This document shows, in pieces, positions 38,901-53,719 of a stretch of 64,000 bases of DNA; position 1 is the stretch's first letter; the number at the start of each line of letters is the position of its first letter. Origin of the DNA: Octopus sinensis (lineage: Eukaryota); NCBI RefSeq assembly GCF_006345805.1, contig NC_043023.1, positions 8,556,001 through 8,620,000 of the forward strand. Direction: 5' to 3'. The translations under genes were made by a program, and so were the position numbers. The notes beneath the pieces were generated by a model. It ran no database searches. It saw only the letters and a program-made list of their open reading frames with translations, and was not told the DNA's origin.

Positions 38901-40360
38901 CACCAGAAGACTACCTCCATTGTCTTCTGGCAATTTCAGCAGCACTCTCCGCCCTCATCTCTCTCCATATAGCCATCTGCTCTGGACCACAGTCGACCAT
39001 TGAGGGGTATACATTTTCCCAATGGTTCTTGATGTCAATGGCTACCCCATTCCAGTCTCCTTCCACCCGAACATGGAAGATGACAGCGCCATCCATGTCG
39101 GTGACATATAAAAGCATCAACAAATCGGGGCTGTTTCCAGCCTCATGCAGCCCCTGTGCCGGTAGCACTAAAAAACACCCACTTCACTCACGGAGTCGTT
39201 GGCGTTAGGAAGGGCATCCAGCTGTAGAAACACTGCCAGATCAGACTGGAGCCTGGTGCAGCCTCCAGGCTTCCCATAGCCCAGTCGAACCATCCAACAC
39301 ATGCTAGCATGGAAAACGGACAGTAAATGATGATGATGATTTCTTTCATACTAATATCTAAGCTGTATTGATTATGGATAGTTTGATATTAATTTTAGTC
39401 CCCAAAATTTAAAATTCCATACTCCCTTATTTGGTTAGTTTTTTCCTGTTAAATACAACCAACCCCACCTGATTGTTTACTTTGTATATGGGAATTCAAA
39501 ATTAGTTCCTTTATACTAATCTATAGAGAGAATGTAACCCTTTCTCTTTCTCTTTTACTTGTTTCAGTCATTTGACTGCGGCCATGCTGGAGCACCGCCT
39601 TTTAGTCGAGCAAATCGACCCCAGGACTTATTCTTTGTAAGCCTAGTACTTATCCTATCAGTCTCTTTTGCCGGTTGTCAAACAATGTTAGGGGAACAAA
39701 CACAAACACGCACATATATATATATACACATATACGACGGGCTTCTTTCAGTTTCCGTCTACCAAATCCACTCACAAGGCTTTGGTCGGCCCGAGGCTAT
39801 AGCAGAAGACACTTGCCCAAGGTGCCACGCAGTGGGCCTGAACCCGGAACCATGTGGTTAGTTAACAAGCTACTTACCACACAGCCACTCCTGCGCCGAA
39901 ATTAATAATTAATTAATTTATTTATTTAATATACATCTAAATAAAGTCTTATACTCATTAAGTAATTTATATTAAAAACCTTAATGTTAAGTACAAGCTA
40001 TAAATATTGTAATTAAAAATAGGAAAATCTATTCTGGGTCTTCTCATTTCAGCCATATATAGAAGCTGGCTTTGTCAACTGCCTCCTGTATATGCATTCA
40101 TATATATATGTATGTATGTATACACACAGCGAAAGAGAGAGAGAGAGATGCACATAGCTCAGTGGTTAGAATGCTGGGTTCACAATCATGTAGTTATTTT
40201 GATTCCTGGACCAGGCTGTGTTGTGTTCTTGAGCAAGACACTTTACTTCATGGTGGTCCAGTTCACTCACCTCTAGAAATGAGCAACATCACTGGTGCCA
40301 AGCTGTATTAGCTTTTGGCCTTCACTTGGATGACATTGGTGGCCTGTAGAGGGGAGACTG

Positions 40361-40931
40361 ATTACAAATACCTTGGGTCATACATATCATCATCTGGGAA
40401 AGACTTTCTAACTAGAAAGGGTATGGCCTGGTCAGCCTGTAATGACATGCATAAGATCTGGTCATCAAATCTAAGTAGAGACTTCAAACTTGAAATCTTC
40501 AAAGTCACAGTCAAACCAATTCTACTGTATGGCTCAGAAACCTGGACGTTATCAAAGAAGCTTGAGAGGCGGTTGGATGGAACCTACACTCGCCTCCTTA
40601 TGAGAGCTCAAAATCTCTCGTGGAGGCACCATCCAACCAAAATGCAAATATATAGGAAACTACCACCTGTGTCATCTCTTGTGAAAGGTAGGAGAGTCCA
40701 GTCTGCTGGACATTGTTGTAGAGCTGAAAACGAGGCAGTTTCTACTCTTCTCCTCTGGAAGCCATCTACTCACAATACCAGAGGGCGCACACTCTCCTAC
40801 CATGATGTAATCTCCAGGAATACAGACATCCAGCAACAGGACCTCCGTAATGCCATGATGGACCGTGAAGTCTGGCGTAGCATGGTAAACTCCATTGTCT
40901 CGACCATGGTCGAACAATGTTGAATGATGAT
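40361..40931 (+). mobile_element. 5'-truncated RTE-X-like LINE inserted in a CORE-type SINE. Duplicated at 51487-52057
   Basis: YKYLGS...KPILLYGSETWTL...LDGTYTRLLMRAQ, (GAT)n tail, and a 13-bp TSD agaggggagactg (51474-51486 / 52058-52070). Confidence 0.85.
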
Positions 40932-41082
40932 GAGAAGGGAGACTGGTGTGCATGGGCAACAGCTGGTCTTCCGTGAAAAGAACCTTGCCTGGAGTTGTGC
41001 CTTTGAGGTGAACTTCCTAGATGCAATGCCAGGGTCATTAATGACTGAAGGGAGTCTTTACACATTGCCCTTTATATATATA

Positions 41083-41462
41083 CTAGCAGTATAGCCCAGC
41101 GTTGCTCGGGCTTGTTTTCTTTTCGACCCTTTAGAATTGGAATTTTTGAAAAGTAAAATTTTGCATTATGTAACTTGTTATCCTCTTTAATTGAACATTT
41201 TTCTTGTTGAAATACACCGAAAAATGACACAGCAGTCAAAAAATCGTAAAAAATAGGGATTTTCATAAAGAAAAAGCACCTTTTTGATGTAAATAATTTT
41301 TGGTGTTAACATGGTCCGATTTTAATTTTTTCTTCTACGTAAGCCTTCTTCTATCATACTCTCAAGTTTGGTCAACTTGTGCCACAGGGTCTCAGAGGAG
41401 ATGGTGTTAGTTGAAGGCTACCAAACCTGCCATACACAGACAACTTCAGCTTTATATATATA
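41083..41462 (-). mobile_element. Non-autonomous Helitron (copies at 52208-52602, partial 23265-23482; related 3' end at 57635)
   Basis: The minus strand ends in a GC hairpin (cccgagcaacgctggg) followed by CTAG|T and starts in tatataaagctgaagttgtctg. Confidence 0.7.
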
Positions 41463-42000
41463 TATAATTCTCATTTTATTTTGTTTTTGCATCTCTCTTC
41501 CCTTGCCTACACACTCTAAGGCCACGAAGTTGGTCTGCTTGGTGGGAGGCGATTTAGTCTACTCTACTGCAGATCACACAACTTCGCCACCACAAACATA
41601 AATATCTTCATTGTTTAATTCCTGAGCAAGTGTCAAGTTATCTATTTAATAGTTTCTCCCATTTTCCGAAGTCGCTGGTCAAATAACTTTTCACCCATCA
41701 CACGAATTTCAGTACCAGAGGAACTGCTTTTACTGCCCAGCCACAATGTGTTAAACAATTTTCTTTGTCTTCTTATCATTTGTACATATATATAAATGTA
41801 TATTTGACTGAGGTTTGGCGAACCAGACTCCAATCTGATCTGGCAGAGTTTCTACAGCTGGTTGGCGTTAGGAAGGGCATCCAGCTGTAAAAACTCTGCC
41901 AGATCAGATTGGAGTCTGGTTTGCCAGACCTCAGTCAAATCGTCCAACCCATGCTAGCATGGAAAGCGGACGTTAAATGATGATGATGATTTGGTAGATT

Positions 42001-43030
42001 CATCATCATCATCGTTTAGAGTCCACTTTCCATGCTAGCATGGGTTGGACGGTTCAACTGGGGTCTGGGAAGCCAGAAGGCTGCACCAGGCCTAGTCTGA
42101 TCTGGCAATGTTTCTATGGCTGAATGCCCTTCCTAATGCCAACTACTCCGTGAGTGTAGTGGGTGCATTTTACGTGCCAGATGAGGCTGGCAAACGGCCA
42201 CGATCGGATGGTGCTTTTTACGTGCCACCGACACGAGGCTAGTCGGGGCGGTGCTCGCAACTGCCACGTTCGGATGGTTGTCTTACGTGCCACTGGCACT
42301 GGTATCACAGCTGCAATTTCCATTGATGTTGATCGATTTCGATTCTCACTTGCCTCAACAGGTCTTCACAAGTAGAGTTTTGTGTTCCCAGAAGAAAAGG
42401 TATGTATAAGTGGACTGGCTCATCCCGGGTTATGGTCTCACTTGTCCTGCCGGGTCTTCTCACACACTGCACACTTCCAAAGGTTTTGGTCTCTAGTCAT
42501 TTCCTCAGTGAGACCTAAAGTTCGAAGGTCGTGCTTCACCACCTCGTCCCAGGTTTACCTGGATCTGCCTCTTACACAGGTTCCCTCAACCGCTAGGGTA
42601 TGGCACTTTTTCACAAAACTATCTTCATCCATTCTCGCCACATGACCATACCAGCACAGACATCTCTCTTGCACACCACATCTGATGCTTCTTAGGTCCA
42701 GCTTTTCTCTTAAGGTGCTTACACTCTGTCGAGTATGAACACTGACATTACACATCCATCGGAGCATACTGGCTTCATTTCATGCAAGCTTACACATATC
42801 CTCAGCAGTCACGGCCCGTTTCACTGCCATGTAGCATGGCTGTTCATACACACGCGTCATACAGTCTGCCTTTTACTCTGAGCGAGAGGCCTTTTGTCAC
42901 CAGCAGAGGTAAGAGCTCTGAACTTTGCCCAAGCTATTCTTACTCTAGCAGTTATACTTTCAACACACCTGCCCCCGCTACTGATTTGGTCACCTAGGTA
43001 ACGGAAGCTATCAACTATTTCTAGTTTTTC
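42001..43030 (-). mobile_element. RTE LINE 3' ~1 kb. Its long 3' UTR with a (GAT)n tail is the source of many short copies (10660-10948, 14735-14950, 15447-16110, 18770-18900, 19085-19450, 30540-30820, 32980-33100, 33320-33690, 39140-39340, 62845-63050)
   Basis: HGSETWAV...ASMLRWMCNVS...WYGHVARM...KTWDEVVKHDL runs on into a minisatellite-bearing UTR ending ggacgttaaacgatgatgatg. Confidence 0.8.
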
Positions 43031-43480
43031 TCCCTGGAATGTGGCAGAAGTAGGTCTCAGAGCATTTTCAGTGTTTATTGCTCCTGAGCATCTGCCACAT
43101 ACAAAAACTATCTTCCTAGTTAGCCTTCCTTTGACATTGCTGCACCTCTTATGAGTCCAGAGTTTCTACCTACACCTACGATGATAATACTTTTTAGATG
43201 GTTTAGATTACGATTACATACGAATTTGTTGTCACAATTTTTTTCAGAGAAGTTTGAGTCCAGAAGAATTTCGGGTAAATATTGATATTTTCACCCACAA
43301 GATTTTCATAAGGACAAACAAAAAAACTCAGATTTTTTGCATGGAATCAAGTACCCTGACCTCGCAATGTGCAGCAAACTCCTTATTTTTGCTTGGTAAA
43401 AGTGTGGCGGAACCCCTTCCCCTCGGTATCATTGTAAATATATATTTTTTTTCATTGGATGATGATGATGATGATATATT

Positions 43481-43522
<42 letters not shown>

Positions 43523-44322
43523 CACACATGTATATGTGTGTGTGTGTGCATACGCACACATATATTTGAAGCACAAAGCATAAACTCTATTAGGAGAATA
43601 CATCCAAAGAAACCCAAACAAATCAGACTGGAACCTAGTGCAGCATCATGGTTTGCCAGCTCATGTCACACTGTGCCACCCATGCCAGTAAAGAAAAAAA
43701 ATTCCACAAAAGGATGATGATGATAACAGCGACAATGATGAAAACACATAGACAAAATCAACTTCAGTGTAACCTTTTATTCATTATTCCCATTTCTTTA
43801 TTCTCTCAAAGCAAATTGCTCAAAAATCCAGAGCAATCATCTTCAGAAATCAAAGACATTGTTGATATACTTCCATATATATACATGACATTCATGAATT
43901 TGATGCTGACATTATTGAAATTGAAGTTGATAACATCATATCTGAAGAGATAAAAATAGCCCAGTCTTTCAGCAGAAAAAAATAGCCATAATTGTTGTAA
44001 TAAAGATTAATACTGAATGGTTGCACTTTTGTGTGAATACTCACGTGTACATAAATGGCGTTTTTGAGAGAAAGATTGACCATAGATATCACAGTGATAT
44101 TTTTTCCCCCAGTATGAATATGCTTATAATTAGTCAAGTCACCATTGTATGAGAATGATTTACCACAGATATCACAATGATATGGTTTCTATCCTGCACT
44201 GGTGTTTAGTTAGGACACCACTTTCAGAGAATGATTTACCACAGATATCACAATATATGGTTTCTATCCTGCACTGGTGTGTAATTAGGACACCACTTTC
44301 AGAGAATGATTTACCACAGATA

Positions 44323-45234
44323 TCACAATGATATGGTTTCTATCCTGCACTGGTGTTTAATTAGGACACCACTTTCAGAGAATGATTTACCACAGATATC
44401 ACAATGATATGGCTTCTCTCCTGTATGAATACGCTGGTGTCGAGTCAAATCACCTTTTACAGTGAATGATTTACCACAGATATCACACTGATATGGCTTC
44501 TCTCCTGTATGAACACGTTTATGGACAGTCAAGTCACCATTACGTGAGAATGATTTACCACAGATATCACAATGAAATGGCTTCTCTCCTGTATGAATGC
44601 GTTTGTGTTTAGTTAAACTGCCATTTTCAGAGAATGATTTATCACAGATATCACAATGATGAGGTTTCTCTCCTGTATGAATGCGTTTATGACCAGACAA
44701 GTGGCTACTACGAGAGAATGATTTACCACAGATATCACAATGAAATGGTTTCTCTCCAGTGTGAACGCGCCGGTGTTTAGTTAAGTCATAACTTTGAGAG
44801 AATGTTTTACCACAGATATCACAATGATATGGCTTTTCTCCTGTATGAATACGTTTATGTCGAGTTAAAATGCTATTTTCAGAGAATGATTTACCACAGA
44901 TCTTACAATGAAATGGCTTCTCTCCTGTATGAATGCGTTTGTGTTTAGTTAAAGTGCCATTTTCAGAGAATGATTTACCACAGATATCACAATGATATGG
45001 TTTCTCTCCTGTGTGAACGCTCCGGTGTTTAGTTAAGTGATAACTTTGAGAGAATGTTTTACCACAGATACCACAATGATATGGCTTTTCTCCTGTATGA
45101 AGACGTTTGTGAATAGTCAGGTGATTTCTTCGAGAGAATGATTTTCTACAGACATCACAGAAATATGGTTTCTCTCTTGTATCAGGGTTTTTAGGTTCAG
45201 TTAAATTATTCATTATGACAGGATAATTTGTCAT
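44323..45234 (-). CDS. C2H2 zinc-finger protein ZF4, 9 complete fingers plus one incomplete
   Basis: Open ORF from ATG 45234. It reads into a 76-bp deleted finger unit and stops ([11 protein letters not shown]). Confidence 0.92.
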   Translation of the reverse strand: MTNYPVIMNNLTEPKNPDTREKPYFCDVCRKSFSRRNHLTIHKRLHTGEKPYHCGICGKTFSQSYHLTKHRSVHTGEKPYHCDICGKSFSENGTLTKHKRIHTGEKPFHCKICGKSFSENSILTRHKRIHTGEKPYHCDICGKTFSQSYDLTKHRRVHTGEKPFHCDICGKSFSRSSHLSGHKRIHTGEKPHHCDICDKSFSENGSLTKHKRIHTGEKPFHCDICGKSFSRNGDLTVHKRVHTGEKPYQCDICGKSFTVKGDLTRHQRIHTGEKPYHCDICGKSFSESGVLIKHQCRIETISL

Positions 45235-48200
45235 ATATATCACAATAATATTGTTTTTTTCTTTTCTATGAATATGTTTGTGTTCATTTGCATTACTTTT
45301 TTTAGAGAATAATTTAATGTTAATCTTTCTTTCTTCTGTGATCTTACTTAATACCTAAATCAACAGGTGAAAACTGTCAACTCGTTTGTAAAGTTATCCA
45401 AACTTGTAAAGCAATCACCACCTCTACATTCCAGACAAGAAAAATATTCTGCTGTTGTTTGTCATAGATTATATTTATATAGAAACGTTGATGTATAGAT
45501 GAATGCTCCTTATAAATATATCATCTTCCTTTAGTTGATAAAAATATCAAAGGCACATCTGAACGAAGTAATTTCTTTCATGTCAACATGATGTGATATT
45601 CTGAAATAGAAAAAGAAGCAGTAAGATAAAGAGGATAGTTAAGTGACATAGTAATTCAACATTGTAAATATTACAACATGAACACTGTCAGCCATTTAAT
45701 GTCAATGTTTACAGGGGTCAGAGTTCATTGAGGTGTTGAAACATTGGTATACCCACACAAGTTTACTACACACTTCACTTTTACCTTTCAGAAAAATGTT
45801 TGATTTAAGACTTCATGTTGCCCGACCGGAATTCCCTTTTCTGGACCAGCTCGCTAGCTAGCCAGCAGTGAAGGTCCCTGTCTTCATGTCTACAATGAGC
45901 CCATGGGCAGTGCCCTACACATCATTAGGATCTTTTCGCCTTGATCGGCAGATTTTTAAAATAATTTCTATGCAACTAAAAAATTTTAAATTTCGTATAC
46001 TGGTAGAATGTGTTTATAAAACATCTTTTTCTCTTGGCTTTCTTGAGAAAATTCCGTAGTTTGTAACATATTTGTTGTTTAATTTCTTGCATTTCGGCAA
46101 TTTCAACCTATCAAAGACGTCTATTGAGCTGAAAACGATTTCTGCCGTAACATTTACTGGCGGTGTCATATGAAAATGTCCCTGTTTTTTATGAGAAAAA
46201 AGATATCCAGAACTGGATAACAAAACCGTTCCCTATTTAGTGTCCACCCATAATTATGATCCTAGTATCGATTTATTGCATTTCAATCTGTTTTAGGGTT
46301 AAGGTTAGGGTTGGGGGGAAGGGTATCTTTTTTTCTTCAGAAATGTAAATAAACCCAATCTGTTTCTTAAACGAATATATAATATGTAACAGGGACATTT
46401 TCATATAACGCCGCCAGAAATCGTTTCACCTCAATAGACGTCATTAATTGTTTGAAATTGACGAAATGCAAAAAACAACAACAAATATCTTACAAACTAT
46501 AGAATTTTCTCAAGAAAGCCAAGAGAAAAAGATGTGTTATAAACACACTCTACCAGTATACGAAGTTTAAAAGTGTTTAGTTACGTGGAAATTAATTTAG
46601 AAAACTGCCGGTCAAACCGAAAAGATCCTAGAGTCGGTCTCGACAGTAAGTCTTGGGTTCAAATACAGCCGAGGTTGACTTTGCCGTTCATCCCTTTCAG
46701 GAAATTCTGGGGTCCGTGTCATCGACTCCCGCTCGCCCTGGGCCAAAATTTGAAACCACCATTACTATTATTAATATAACCTTAAAGCAAATCTTCATTA
46801 ACTTACCGTTTTATCAATGCCTAATTAACAACAGGACATAATTAATTAATGTGGTATTCTTCAATCGGTTTTTTCTCATTTTACTAATTAATTATGCCAC
46901 ATTACATTCATTTTTACCAACTAATTTACTTTATATCACATGTATCAGTCGGTCATAGCATTTTATAAACAACAAATCAACATTTCAGTTTGGAAATTAT
47001 TAATTAAGACGAACAAATATATTTTCCTAATTATTGTCAGGTTCCCGCTTGGAAAAATAATTACTGTAACATCGAGAGGTTCACAGAATTCTATTATTTA
47101 CCTTATTATTACTAGTATTATCAACACTATTACAGCCTTAAAGCAAATCTTTGTCAACTTACCGTATTCAGAAATAAACAGCGACTCGGTGATCGGTAAT
47201 TAACCTCCCTAATTAACTTCCCTAATTAGCTACTTTGGCTCGTGGTTGATGTCTTGTAGAAGTTGTGTCCCTTGATATGATTGTATTTCCTCAATTCTCC
47301 AATAGAGAGCGCTACTGAGTTGTAGGATTCGTTCCGGTGTTTTTTTTAACTTTGTCCCTTTCTGTCAATAAATCCTTCTTCAAGTTTTTTTTTAAATTCT
47401 CACCAGATTATTTTAACAAAGTGTACTAGTATACTCTAGGATCTTTTCGGTTTGACCGGCAGTTTTTAAAAATAATTTCCACGTAACTAAACACTTTTAA
47501 ACTTCGTATACTTTTCTCTTGACTTTTTCGCTTGGAAAATTCTATAGTTTGTAAGATATTTGTTGCTTTTTTCTTCAATTTCTGCAATTTCAACCAATCA
47601 ATGACGTCTATTGAGGTGAAAACATTATGTGCCGTGAGAATATGTCCCTCGTTTAAGAAACAGATTTGGTTTACTCTTTACTCCTTTACTTGTTTCAGTC
47701 ATTTGACTGCGGCTATGCTGGAGCACCGCCTTTAGTCGAGCAAATCGACCCCAGGATTTATTCTTTGTAAGCCCAGTACTTATTCTATCGGTCTCTTTTT
47801 GCCGAACCGCTAAGTGACGGGGACGTAAACACACCAGCATCGGTTGTCAAGCAATGCTAGGGGGACAAACAAACACACACACACACATACATATATATAT
47901 ACACACACACACACATACACATATATATATATACATTTATACGACAGGCTTCTTTCAGTTTCCGTCTACCAAATCCACTCACAAGGAATTTGTCGGCCCG
48001 GGGCTATAGCAGAAGACACTTACCGAAGATGCCACGCAGTGGGACTGAACCCGGAACCATTCGGTTGGTTAGCAAGCTACTTACCACATAGCCACTTTAT
48101 TTACATTTCTGAAGAAAAAAAAGATACCCTTCCCCCCATCCCTAACTCTAACCCTAAAACAGATTGAAATGCAATAGATCGATACTAGGGTCACAATTAT

Positions 48201-49237
48201 GAGTGACAATTTCATATGACACCGCTAGAAAAAACTGCCTGTCAAACGGAAAAGATCGGAAGTCCCTTCTCTGCAGAGCAACTCACTAAATAGCCTGCTG
48301 TGAGGTTCCTGTCTATAGTCCGTCTGTTATAAATTTATGGCCAGTGCCCTACACAAGCATTCATGGTCTTCACCCACACCTCGTCTTAGAACTGTACAGA
48401 CACAATGCTGAGATGTCTCCCTTTTCACTAGAATATGGCTCTTTTCGAGGCAGACTCTTCGGTTTGCCCTAACCTGGACGGTAGGCAGAACCGTTAGCAC
48501 GCCAGTCGAAATACGTAGCGATATTTCGTCTGTCGTTATGTTCTGAGCTCCAATTCTGTTGAGGTCGACCTTGCCTTTCATCCTTTCGAGGTCAATAAAT
48601 TAAGTACCAGTTACGCACTGGGGTCGATGTAATCGACTTAATACCTATGTCTGTCCTTGTTTGTCCCCTCTGTGTTTAGCCCCTTGTGGGTAATAAAGAA
48701 ATAGGTATGTTGTACTAGAAGACTACCTCCATTGTCTTCTGGCAATTTCAGCAGCACTCTCCGCCCTCATCTCTCTCCATATAGCCATCTGCTCTGGACC
48801 ACAGTCGACCATTGAGGGGTATACATTTTCCCAATAGTTCTTGATGTCAATGGCTACCACATTCCGGTGACCTTCCACCCGAATCAGTCCTGTTTTGTGT
48901 GCAGGGTTGACGGATTAGCATCTGTTGCAATTCCACACTACCTACAAACGCTCTCTCTCCAGTGACATCGGGGTGACCATTGGGGCTGAAAACCACGTCC
49001 TTTATACTAATCTATAGAAATAATGTAACCCTTTCTCTTTCTCTTTTACTTGTTTCAGTCATTTGACTGCGGCCATGCTGAAGCACCGCCTTTTAGTCGA
49101 GCAAATCGACCTGAGGACTTATTCTTTGTAAGCCCAGTACTTATCCTATCGGTCTCTTTTGCCGAACCGCGAAGTTACGGGTATGTAAACACACTAGCAT
49201 CGGTTGTCAAAACAAACACAGACACACAAACACACTC

Positions 49238-49291
<54 letters not shown>

Positions 49292-50496
49292 GACGGGCTT
49301 CTTTCAGTATCCGTCTACCAAATCCACTCACAAAGCGTTGGTCGGCCCGAGGCTACAGTAGAAGACATTGCCCAAGGTGCAACGCAGTGGGACTGAACCT
49401 TGAACCATGTGGTTGGTAAGCAAGCTACTTACCACACAGCCACTACTATATATATATAAATATATATATATATACATATATACGACATGATTCTAAGAAC
49501 AATTACACATCACAAACACCTACCTATGTAATTCTAACGTCATTTTAGCCTTTTTTTCCTTTCCTAAAGTTTTGCTACTGATGAATACTTTATGACAACC
49601 CAGATTCTTAAAATGAATCTATTGTCTTTCTGCATTAAACTATCGAATACTTAGATGAATAAAAATAATTTCAATCCATATTAACATCTAATCTCCTCTA
49701 TTTACAAAAAATATGATTGTATTTGCTGAAATTTCTTTTATAAGCTAAATCAGGGTAAGTAGCTTGCTTACCAACCATATGGTTTTGGGTTCAGTCCCAC
49801 TGCGTGGCACCTTGGGCAAGTGTCTTCTACTATAGCCTCGGGCCGACCAAAGCCTTTGAGTGGATTTGGTAGACGGAAACTGAAAGAAGCCCATCATATA
49901 TATGTATATATATATTCGTGTGCGTGTATGTTTGTATGTCTGTGTTTGTCCCCCTAGCATTGCTTGACGACCGATGTTGGTGTCTTTATGTCCCCGTCAC
50001 TTAGCGGTTCGGCGAAAGAGACCGATAGAATAAGTACTGGGCTTTCAAAGAATAAGTCCCGGTGTTGAGTTGCTGGACTAAAGGCGGTGCTCCAGCATGG
50101 CCGCAGTCAAATGACTGAAAATAACCAACTTTCTTCAATTCAATAATGAAAAATTAAATTATACCAATTAGAAAAATTACATATAGAAAGATTAAATATA
50201 AGATAAAACATATAACAATGATTAAGTTATGTGTAAAATAATAAATAAATAAAACGTATATATTTGGTAGAATAACGTCACGTTTTGTGGCTATATTTAA
50301 GAAATGATAATAATAAAAATAATAGTAGTAGTAGAATCACTTCAATATAAATATAGCCACTCTTCAGGTTAAAGAAAACAACAATAATAAAATAATTAAT
50401 TAGATGAATCAATAAATATACACAAATAATATTTTAAAGTACGAAATATCTGAAATATATTCTTGTTAAAAAATAAGATACAATTAAAATATTTAA

Positions 50497-50562
<66 letters not shown>

Positions 50563-53418
50563 ATACAAAATACACATTAAATGAAAACAAAATACTATAA
50601 TTTAAACTATATACATTAATTAAATTACTCTTTTACTTGTTTCAGTCATTTGACTGTTGCCACTCTAAAGCACCGCCTTTAATCGAGCAACTCGACCCCG
50701 GGACTTATTCTTTTTATAAGCCCAGTACTTATTCTATCGTTCTCTTTTGCCGAAACGCTAAGTAACGGGGACATAAACACACCAGCATCGGTTGTCAAAC
50801 AATGTTAGGGGAACAAACACTAACACGCATATATATATATATACATATATACGACGGGCTTCTTTCAGTTTCCGTCTACCAAATCCACTCACAAGGCTTT
50901 GGTCGGCCGGCAGCCACAGCAGAAGACACTTGCCCAAGGTGTCACGCAGTGGGACTGAACCCTGAACCATGTGGTTGGTAAACAAGCTACTTACCACACA
51001 GCCACTCCTGCTCCTAAATTTTTATTTAATTAATTTATTTATTTAATATACATCTAAATAAAGTCTTATACTCATTAAGTAATTTATATTAAAAACCTTA
51101 ATGTTAAGTACAATCTATAAATATTGGAATTAAAAATAGAAAAATCTATTTTGGGTCTTCTCATTTCAGCCATATATAGAAGCTGGCTTTGTCAACTGCC
51201 TCCTGTATATACATTCATATATATGTATGTATGTATGTATACACACAGAGAAAGAGAGAGAGAGAGAGATGCACATAGCTCAGTGGTTAGAATGCTGGGT
51301 TCACAATCATGTAGTGATTTTGATTCCTGGACCAGGCTGTGTGTTGTGTTCTTGAGCAAGACACTTTGTTTCATGGTGGTCCAGTTCACTCACCTCTAGA
51401 AATGAGCTGCAATATCACAGGTGCCAAGCTGCATTAGCTTTTGGCCTTCACTTGGATGACATTGGTGGCCTGTAGAGGGGAGACTGATTACAAATACCTT
51501 GGGTCATACATATCATCATCTGGAAAAGACTTTCTAACTAGAAAGGGTATGGCCTGGTCAGCCTGTAATGACATGCATAAGATCTGGTCATCAAATCTAA
51601 GTAGAGACTTCAACCTTGAAATCTTCAAAGCCACAGTCGAACCAATTCTACTATATGGCTCAGAAACCTGGACGTTATCAAAGAAGCTTGAGAGGCGGTT
51701 GGATGGAACCTACACTCGCCTCCTTATGAGAGCTCAAAATCTCTCGCAGAGGCACCATCCAACCAAAATGCAAATATATGGGAAACTACCACCTGTGTCA
51801 TCTCTTGTGAAAGGTAGGAGAGTCCAGTTTGCTGGACATTGTTGTAGAGCTGAAAACGAGGCAGTTTCTACTCTTCTCCTCTGGAAGCCATCTACTCACA
51901 ATACCAGAGGGCGCACACTCTCCTACCCTGATGTAATCTCCAGGGATACAGGCATCCAGCAACAGGACCTCCGTAATGCCATGATGGACCGTGAAGTCTG
52001 GCGTAGCATGGTAAATTCCATTGTCTCGACCACGGTCGAACAATGATGATGATGATGAGAGGGGAGACTGGTATGCATGGGCAACAGCTGGTCTTCCGTG
52101 AAAAGAACCTTGCCTGGAGTTGTGCCTTTGAGGTGAACTTCCTAGATGCAATGCCATGGTCATTAATGACTGAAGGGAGTCTTTACACATTGCCCTTTAT
52201 ATATATACTAGCAGTATAGCCCAGCGTTGCTCGGGCTTGTTTTCTTTTCGACACTTTAGAATTGGAATTTTTGAAAAATAAAAATTTTGCCCTATGTAGC
52301 TTGTAATTCTCTTCGAGTGAACATTTTTCTTGTTGAAATACACCGAAAAATGACACAGCAGTAAAAAAATCGTGAAAAATAGGGATTTTCAGAGAAAAAA
52401 ACCCCACCTTTTCGATGTAAATAATTTTTGGTATTAACATGGTCCGATTTGAATTTTCTCTTCTACGGAATGAAGAGCAAGCCTTCTTCTATCATACTCT
52501 CAATTTTGGTCAACTTGTGCCACAGGGTCTCAGAGGAGATAGTGTTATTTGAAGGCTACCAAAAGTGCCATACACAGACAACTTCAGCTTTATATATATA
52601 TATAATTCTCATTTTATTTTGTTTTTGCATCTCTCTTCCCTTGCCTACACGCTCTAAGGCCACGAAGTTGGTCTGCTTGGTGGGAGGCGATTTAGTCTAC
52701 TCTACTGCAGATCACACAACTTCGCCACCACAAACATAAATATCTTCACTGTTTAATTCCTGAGCAAATGTCAAGTTATCTATTTAATAGTTTCTCCCAT
52801 TTTCCGAAGTCGCTGGTCAAATAACTTTTCACCCATCACACGAATTTCAGTACCGGTGGAACTGTTTTTACTGCCCAGCCACAATGTGTTAAACAATTTT
52901 CTTTGTCTTCTTATCATTTGTACATATATATATATATGTATATTTGACTGAGGTCTGGCGAACCAGACTCCAATCTGATCTGGCAGAGTTTCTACAGCTG
53001 GTTGGCGTTAGGAAGGGCATCCAGCTGTAGAAACTCTGCCATATCAGATTGGAGTCTGGTTTGCCAGACCTCAGTCAAATCGTCCAACCCATGCTAGCAT
53101 GAAAAGCAGACGTTAAATGATGATGATGATTTGGTAGATTAATGGTAATTCAAAATTTTCCATGGCTGATGTGGTAGATTACGATGATAATACTTTTTAG
53201 ATGGCATAGAATACGATTACAAAACGAATTTGTGGTCACAATTTTTTTCGGAGAAGTTTGAGTCCAGAAGAATTTCGGGTAAATTTTGATATTTTCACCC
53301 ACAAGATTTTCATAAAGACAAACAAAAAAATCAGAATTTTTGGATGGATTCAAGTACCCAAACCTCGCAATATGCTGCATAGATACTGCGGCCTCGTGTA
53401 TGTCTGTCCCTCCTGGCT

Positions 53419-53527
53419 TCTTTACCGATGAGACGTAGCCTTTGGTAGATTGACTTGATTAAGTTTAATTTAATTTAATTAGGCTGGTTTGCCATTAAAA
53501 ACGTCGAAACAATGCATCGTCTAAAGA
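53419..53527 (+). ncRNA. Degenerate type I hammerhead ribozyme with an enlarged stem II
   Basis: tcttta-CcGATGA-gacgt[64 nt]acgtc-GAAA-caatgcatc-GTC-taaaga. Stem I 6/6, stem II 5/5, U4-to-C change, and stem III one substitution away from the palindrome ACGATGCATCGT. Confidence 0.65.
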
Positions 53528-53719
53528 TGAATAGGGTAAATGTTTTTTTAAATTTTCCTTTAATTTCTGAATTACTACTACTTGTCGGTTTGGGTCCTGG
53601 CTGCTCTTTCTAGTGGGTCGAATGGCCTATTGAGACCGTTCCTCAAATGTTGAATTTATATATATCGTCTCTGACTATTTTCTCTCTCTCACTAGACCGC
53701 TGGTGGCGAAAAACATACA

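Larger units (their letters stand above)
35910..53389. repeat. Tandem segmental duplication 35910-43380 ~ 45215-53389
   Basis: Same order of hybrid MITE, 5' exons, MITE, GC-rich block, SINE-A, CORE SINE + LINE, Helitron and hairpin. Offset ~9.3 kb at the start. Confidence 0.88.
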
